From Chiloscyllium plagiosum (Eukaryota): a stretch of DNA of 43,922 bases. The stretch is taken from the NCBI RefSeq assembly GCF_004010195.1, contig NC_057719.1, positions 37,878,547 to 37,922,468 on the forward strand. Direction: 5' to 3'. Both the position numbers and the translations under genes were made by a program. The notes under the pieces were generated by a model, which was not told where the DNA came from, made no database searches, and saw only the letters and a program-made list of their open reading frames with translations. Shown piece after piece: positions 37,868 to 43,922 of the stretch (the stretch's first letter is position 1; each line of letters begins with the position of its first letter).

Positions 37868-38725
37868 GTTAAGATGGTAGCTGAGTGAGCAGCGACCAGA
37901 CTCAGCCTGGGACTCGCCATTTACATTCTTCTCTTTTTAAAATTTTTTTGGTTTTTTAAACTTACCTTGTGAGAGAGTAGCTATGAAGGCACTGGAGTGT
38001 TGCAGCAGCTGAGAGCCCAGAGCAAGATAGTTAGTGATCTTCGGGCACAGACCAGAGCAGGACAGTTGGCGGGCACAGGGCAGAGCAGGTTGACCAGCGG
38101 TCAGCGGGCACAGAGCAAAGCGAGATGGTCAGCTGTTGGTGGGCACAGAGCAGAATGGCCATTGGTCAGTGGGCACAGGCAGAGTGGGATACCCAGCAGT
38201 CAGCGGGCACAGAGTGAATGAGATGGCCTGCCGTTGGTAGGCACGGAGTGTAGCAGGGTGGCTGGTGGTGGAGTAGAATGCAGCAATCAGTGGACTGGGG
38301 GCCAGAGTGGAGCAGGGTGGCTGGCAGTCAGCAGACTGGGACCCAATGTGGTCAACCTGTCATAGCTGGCACTTATCGGTTTTCAAGCCCAGTTGGGGTC
38401 AGCCTAGCACAAGGGAGAATGAGACATGTGTGGAAAGCCGCCAGCGTGGGATGACTGCAAGTGATAGAAGGACTGTAATGTCTATCTTTTAACTTTATTT
38501 CTTTATTTTCCTCATTTATACTATGAAAAACCATAATGTAGAACTTTTATCTTTTTTCTTTGTTTCTCTAATTTTGTAACAAATCTATCTTAAGTACCTA
38601 AGATTTGTACCTTGGTCCACTGTACCTAAGGTGGTGCTGTGTACAGTGACATCATACACTTCACATTGTACTTGTGTACTTTTATACTTGAGTCCACATG
38701 GCAATAAAACCTAATTCTAATTCAT
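37868..38725 (+). mobile_element. Non-autonomous non-LTR-type element with internal GC-rich tandem repeats
   Basis: Starts aagatggtagc, carries repeated gggcacagagc units at ~38010-38330, and ends cacatggcaataaaacctaattctaattc. Confidence 0.5.
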
Positions 38726-38749
38726 TATTACCATCCTCCTGACCAAAGT

Positions 38750-41030
38750 CTGAATTTCACAAATCAAACTGATCTAAACAACTGACTGGAATTCCATAGC
38801 CATAACTCATCAGTTAGAGTCTGAATCTTGGTATTTGTAGAAGCGTTCTTGAGATTTCTTTTGATCCCAAAACCATTGCCAAATGCTTATGGCCTGTTTG
38901 AAATTGAAACATCAGTTTTATGAAGTTGCCTGTCAATTTTTCACATTCCTGAGTAACTGCTCATGCTTCCTTCTCTGTACCCAGTCTCCAACAAAGTTCT
39001 CAATGTAAAATAGACTAGTATTTGAGTTCACAACAGTTTCTATTTGAAGAAGGACTACTCCCAGACCTATAGATAGTGCATCAACAGTGAATAAGCCTTG
39101 ATTTGATTTGATTTATTTATTGTCATGTGTATCTCTGGTGCCACTCTTCAGCAGCATCTTAAAATATAGAAAAATGAAGAAATGAAGAAAAGGAGTCCAA
39201 CTTTAAAGTCCTTTTTGTTAAGTGCTCTATTCTGGGCCTGGTGACCAGGCACAAGTCTCCATTGTCGCACCATCACCACAACCGGAAGAAAAGCTGCCAG
39301 TCTTCAGCACCATCTCACCTCTACTGACGCCCATGCCACTGAGTCCTCACTGGATCTTGCCAATGCAGACAACATTGATGCCATCCAATGGCCCAAACTC
39401 GCCTCCATAGCTGCCAGATGTCTGCTTCGGACCTAGCTTGCCGATGCAGCCATTTCTGATGCTGCTGAGTTTCGTAGTGGGCCCAAATTCATCTTAGACC
39501 CACTGCCACGAATCTATTGGACCTACTCACCACCAAAAAATCAAGCACCTTACCAAGAGGTAAGTAAAATCAAACAGAAAGTGAACAAAATCTAGAGGAG
39601 AGGACAAAAATGAAAAGCTAAGTGGAAAGAGCAGACAAGCCCTGGGCTCAGAAGCCCTTCTCCACCACCATCTGTAAGGTGCTAAAATATTTGTTGAAAG
39701 TAAGTTGTCGCATTTACAAAAACCGCAGTTTGTTTTTGATCCCAATGTTGTTGCTTGCCTTTTTCAAAAGCTCTCCTGTGCTTTGAGTAAGGCTAGCTCA
39801 GTTAATAAGATAACCTTTTCCACTTGATCCATCATGTCTAAGAAGTGCTGCACATCATTTCTGCACGTCAGGGCTGGAAATTCACGATGGCTCTTTTCTT
39901 CCTTGAATACACATTGATGTCTTGTGCTTTGATAATACACCCAATTTTGTCATTCTAGAAATTTGGCATTTCTCATTTAGTGTAAGGCCCGCATTCTGTG
40001 ATGCACTCAACTCTCTGGTTGTGTTCCTTCTTTATGTTATCATGCACTAAAGTGCCATTCAAATGGAAAATAGTCTCCAGTTTCTCTTGCAGAATTCTAG
40101 GCATTGCCTTTTGTAAAAGAGGAGATCCCAAATTGTATACCTTTGAAGCAATATCACATGAATGATGAAAGAAATGCTGTCAGCAACCTTGATAATCTAT
40201 GAAGAAAACTTCAGTCTAGAATGAGCATGTGAAGATAGGAGTGTTAGGCATCAGAGTATTTGGTCTAAGAGTATCTGCCAGACTCCACTGTTGTTATTAA
40301 GTGTTGTGAATAACATGTTTGTGCCAATTTTGCCATTCTGTCACCAACAGATGAAATAACGTGGATTTCCCTCCCAACTGTTTGACCAACTGAGTGAACT
40401 CCACACACACACATTTTGTTCTGCATTTACTTTAGAAACAGTTAGTAGTTCTTAGTACCTGTGTCTGTTGTCATTGGTGATATGACCCAACACTTTCATG
40501 TACTCTAACTGAAATCTTTTCTTCCATCAAAGGTTGAGGACCTTTCCTGGAAGGTTTAGCATCTTCTTACAGGGTAATGTGATATTTCAACTTCAGTTTT
40601 CCTAAATCTTTGAATAGCTTTGAAAATTCTTGCTGAAATTCTCTCCCATCTTGTATTCCCTCTTTCCAAGAGATCTAGACAAATTCAGAGATGCATTTCT
40701 ATTCAACAATGAGGTATTCTGATTCTTTGGTATATCAGCTATTTCATGAACGTTTCATCACCTTTGCCTGAGCTTTGTGGTGATTTGCCAAAGCACCTGA
40801 TTACCTGTGCCTCCTGGATCTTGAGGTTTTATGTTAGCTGATCTGACTCTTACAGCCTTTAAACGTGACAAGCTGACTGCCAGTACTGAAACAGTTATTG
40901 CTGTATCCATTTGAAATTCTATTTAATATCCATGTTCTAAAATACAGCTCTTAACTCTAATGTCTAACACCCCTGTCTTCACGAGCTCATTCTGTCTGAT
41001 GTCTTCTTTCTTCCAGATGGCAGCACCATG
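38750..41030 (-). mobile_element. Decayed Gypsy/Ty3 pol (protease, RT, RNase H)
   Basis: Reverse-strand motifs in the expected order: IEFQMDTAITV (protease), FTTLNNNSGVWQI, QNAGLTLNEKCQ, HFLDMMDQVEK (RT), then VDALSIGLGVVLLQ and QTGHKHL..RFRL*LMSY (RNase H). Confidence 0.8.
39098..39675 (-). mobile_element. Non-autonomous element inserted into the Gypsy pol
   Basis: Reverse strand starts agatggtggtgg and ends cacatgacaataaataaatcaaatcaaatcaa. The Gypsy sequence resumes on both sides. Confidence 0.55.
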
Positions 41031-41639
41031 TGATTAGTTACAACATCACGATTTACATGAATATTATTATATCACTTTCAAAATTTAAGGCCACTTTAAA
41101 TGTGCCTTCGCTTCTTATGTTCTAAACTTTGTTGATACACCCAATATCTGATAATGCTAAGAACCTGGAAATTAAACAGAAACCACTGTCTTCATTATTT
41201 GCTACTTTATAATCTCCTATACTTCATAAAGTTGCATTATAAACATAATGGCATTATAATGCATTATAGCAACTGGGTTTGCCATAAACCACAACGGCCA
41301 ACATTATAGCAAAGATAACACAGCCAATGACAAAATCGTCAGCAATTAATTAGTGTTTCCTCCTCAAATAAAAAAAATTATGACACTTAACTAATTAAAT
41401 AGATGTTAAGCCCTAACTGGTGTTTGTACAATAACATTTTACATGTAAGGCCTACAGAACACTGAAATGCCACTTCCACATGTAAGTTAGTACAACAGAA
41501 GGATATAAACTCCCAGGAATAAATTGCTGGAACCTTATGAGTCTCACCTAAGAGCAAACAAAATGTATCCCTAACAATTGTGTCATTCAATTATCAAATC
41601 ATTTTATTCACTTAAAAACTTAAGAATTCCACAATTAAT

Positions 41640-42903
41640 AAGAAGGGTGAGGAATATGAAGGGTGCAGTTACATTGTTAGGGCTATGCTACAGGTCTCCC
41701 AACAGTGAGCGTGAGGTAGAAGAACAAACAGGTAAACAGATTATGGAAAAATTTAGAGGCCTCAGGGTGGTGGTGATGGGAGATTTTAATTTTTGAAACA
41801 TTGCCTGGGATACACTTAGTGTCAGAGGTCTGGATGGGGCAGAATTTGTAAGGAGCATCCAGGAAAGTTTTCGAGAGTAGTATGTCAATAGTCCAACTAG
41901 GGAAGGGGCCATATTGGACCTGGTGTAGGGGAATGAGCCAGGCCAGGTGGTAGAAGTTGCAGTGGGGGATTTCTTTGGCAATAGTGACCACAATTCTATA
42001 AGTTTTAGAATACTTGTAGACAAAGATGAGAGTGCTCCTAACAGAAGAATACTTAACTGAGCCAAGGCTAATTATATCAAAATTCGGCAGGAGCTGAGAA
42101 ATGTGGATTGGGGGCAGCTATTTGAAGAGAAGTCTACATTTGATATGAGGGAGGCTTTCAAAGGTAGGTTAAAGATAGTGCAGGATAAGCATGTCCCTTT
42201 GAAAACAAGGGATAGGAAAGTCAAGATTTGTGAACCACGGATGACAGGAGAAATTGTGTGGCTAGCCAACAGAAAAAGGGAGGGATGCATAAGGTCCAGG
42301 CAATTAAGAACAGAACAGGCTTTGGAGGAATATCGGGAGACTAGGACCAATCTTAAATGAGGAATCAAGCGGGCTAAAAAGGGACGTGAAATAGCTTTAG
42401 CGAGCAGAATTAAGGAGAATCCCAAGGCCTTTTATTCTTATTTAAAAACTTGAGAAAGGGTTGGTCCACTAAAAGATAAGGAAGGAAGGTTATGTATCAA
42501 ACCTGAGAAAATGGGTGAGATTCTCAATGATTACTTTGCATCAGTGTTCACTGAGGAGAGAGACATGATGAATGTTGAGATAAGAGATAGAAGCTTGTTT
42601 ACCCTGGATCATGTTGACATAAGGAGGGAGAATGTGTTGGGTAAGCTAAAGATACTAAGGTGGGCAAATCCCCAGGACCGGATGGGATCTATCCCCAGTT
42701 GCTGAGGGAGGCAAGAGAGGGGCCCTAAGAGATATCTTTGTAGCATCCTTAAACACAGGTGAAGTTCTGGAGGACTGGAGAGCTGCTAATGCTGTCCCCT
42801 GTTTAAGAAGGGTAGTCGAGATATTCCAGGTACAGACCAGTGAGCCTGACGTCAGTGGTGGGAAAGTTACTGGAGAAGGCACTAAGGTATAGAATCTATT
42901 TAT
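41640..42903 (+). mobile_element. CR1 ORF2 fragment cut by an L1 insertion
   Basis: YRSPNS..VVMGDFNF, LNDYFASVFTEE, EDWRAAN and RPVSLTSVVGKLLE. Confidence 0.92.
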
Positions 42904-43922
42904 GGGGATCCAAGATGGCAGCGACCCAGTAAGACTGAGTCTATAGTGCTCCTCCCAAGACTTGGGCACAGTGGGTCACCTACCCCCTACCAAGCTCACC
43001 AAATCATTTATAAATCATTTATAATAGTTTAGTAACTCAATTAGTTGTGTAATATTACATTTAAACAACTTAATCCTAAGTTAAAATGACTAAAGGGAAG
43101 GGAGCCCGCAGCTCTCAGCAAACAGGAACCCCTCCCCCACACTCTACAGCTGCAGCAGAGGCGTCCACAGCCGCCCCGAGGAACTTACCTACAGTAGCAA
43201 GTCTTGCAGAAATGCTTTCCAAGCTTGACTCGAAGATCGATGCCTTTATCGTCGAATCCAGAAATCGTTGGGAGTCGCTCTCGGCCGCGCTGAAGAAGCA
43301 CGACCGTGAAATTGAAGAAATTCAAAGCCGAGTCGGAGGGGCGGAGCTAAAGGCCGCGACCTCGGAGACAACCGCTCAATCGGCCGTGGATCAGGTCCGG
43401 ACTCTCGAGCAGCGAGTCCGGACCTTGGAAAATCATAATGACGACCTCGATAATCGAGGACGTCGAAAAAATATTCGTTTGCTGGGCCTTCCCGAACAGG
43501 AAGAGGAAGGCCAGCTTACAGCATTCCTGGAGCAGTGGCTGCCACAACTTTTAAATCTGCAAGCTGGACCAGGCCAGGTAAGGGTGGAATGGGCCTACCG
43601 GGTAGCAATACGCGGGCCCGGCTCGAACCAGCGCCCACGCCCGGTCCTGTTCCGGCTGCAGAGCTACAGGGAGAGGCAGATACTCCTAGAAGCCTCTAGA
43701 AATCTCGGAAAAGACCCCCAAGATATGATCTACGAAGGATCCAAGATCATGCTATTTCAGGACTTTTCCCCGGCTCTGGTTCGAAAGAGGAAGGCATTCG
43801 ACGAAGCGAAGAAGCGTTTAAGGGACTTAAACGTACCCCTTACGCTACCCAGCGATGTTACGCTTTAACCATGAAGGATCCGTATATAACTTCGGATCGC
43901 CAGAAAAGGCTAAGGAATTCTT
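42904..43922 (+). mobile_element. Young L1, 5' UTR and ORF1, continuing beyond the window
   Basis: Begins GGGGATCCAAGATGGC and is CpG-rich. ORF1 starts at 43086. Confidence 0.92.
43086..43922 (+). pseudogene. L1 ORF1p (coiled coil + RRM), frameshifted near the C-terminus
   Basis: DLDNRGRRKNIRLLGLPE, RPRPVLFR and FQDFS. After ~43833 the homologous YPLRYPAMLRFNHEGSVYNFGSPEKAKEF is in another frame. Confidence 0.85.

Noticed and set aside
38005..38345. CRISPR-like repeat array
   Set aside because: Eukaryotic context, degenerate units with no constant repeat/unique spacer pattern, and no cas genes.

Overview
Vertebrate genomic DNA, very probably a shark or other elasmobranch (HE1/V-type SINEs, SacSINE1/DeuSINE-like remnant, dense CR1 LINEs). 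The only host gene I can support is the 3' end of TECPR2 on the + strand: three coding exons (3073-3214, 5880-6029, 12301-12458) that splice in frame and end in the LIR motif DDEWEVI-stop, followed by a probable ~3 kb 3' UTR. The rest is mostly layered retroelements: an antisense L1 with a target-site duplication in the last intron, many CR1 fragments (several nested), tRNA-derived SINEs, Penelope-derived pieces including palindromic ones and decayed hammerhead motifs, a probable solo LTR, a decayed Gypsy pol, a Tigger/MER44-like MITE and a young L1 running off the right edge. There are two assembly gaps. I found no convincing new protein-coding system. The most unusual items are a 54-bp-arm palindrome with a perfect 20-bp TSD in the TECPR2 3' UTR, the hammerhead relics, an unexplained ~125-nt structured CpG-rich segment, and two non-autonomous elements with shared end motifs. 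Family names are from recall, not database searches, and TE boundaries are approximate.
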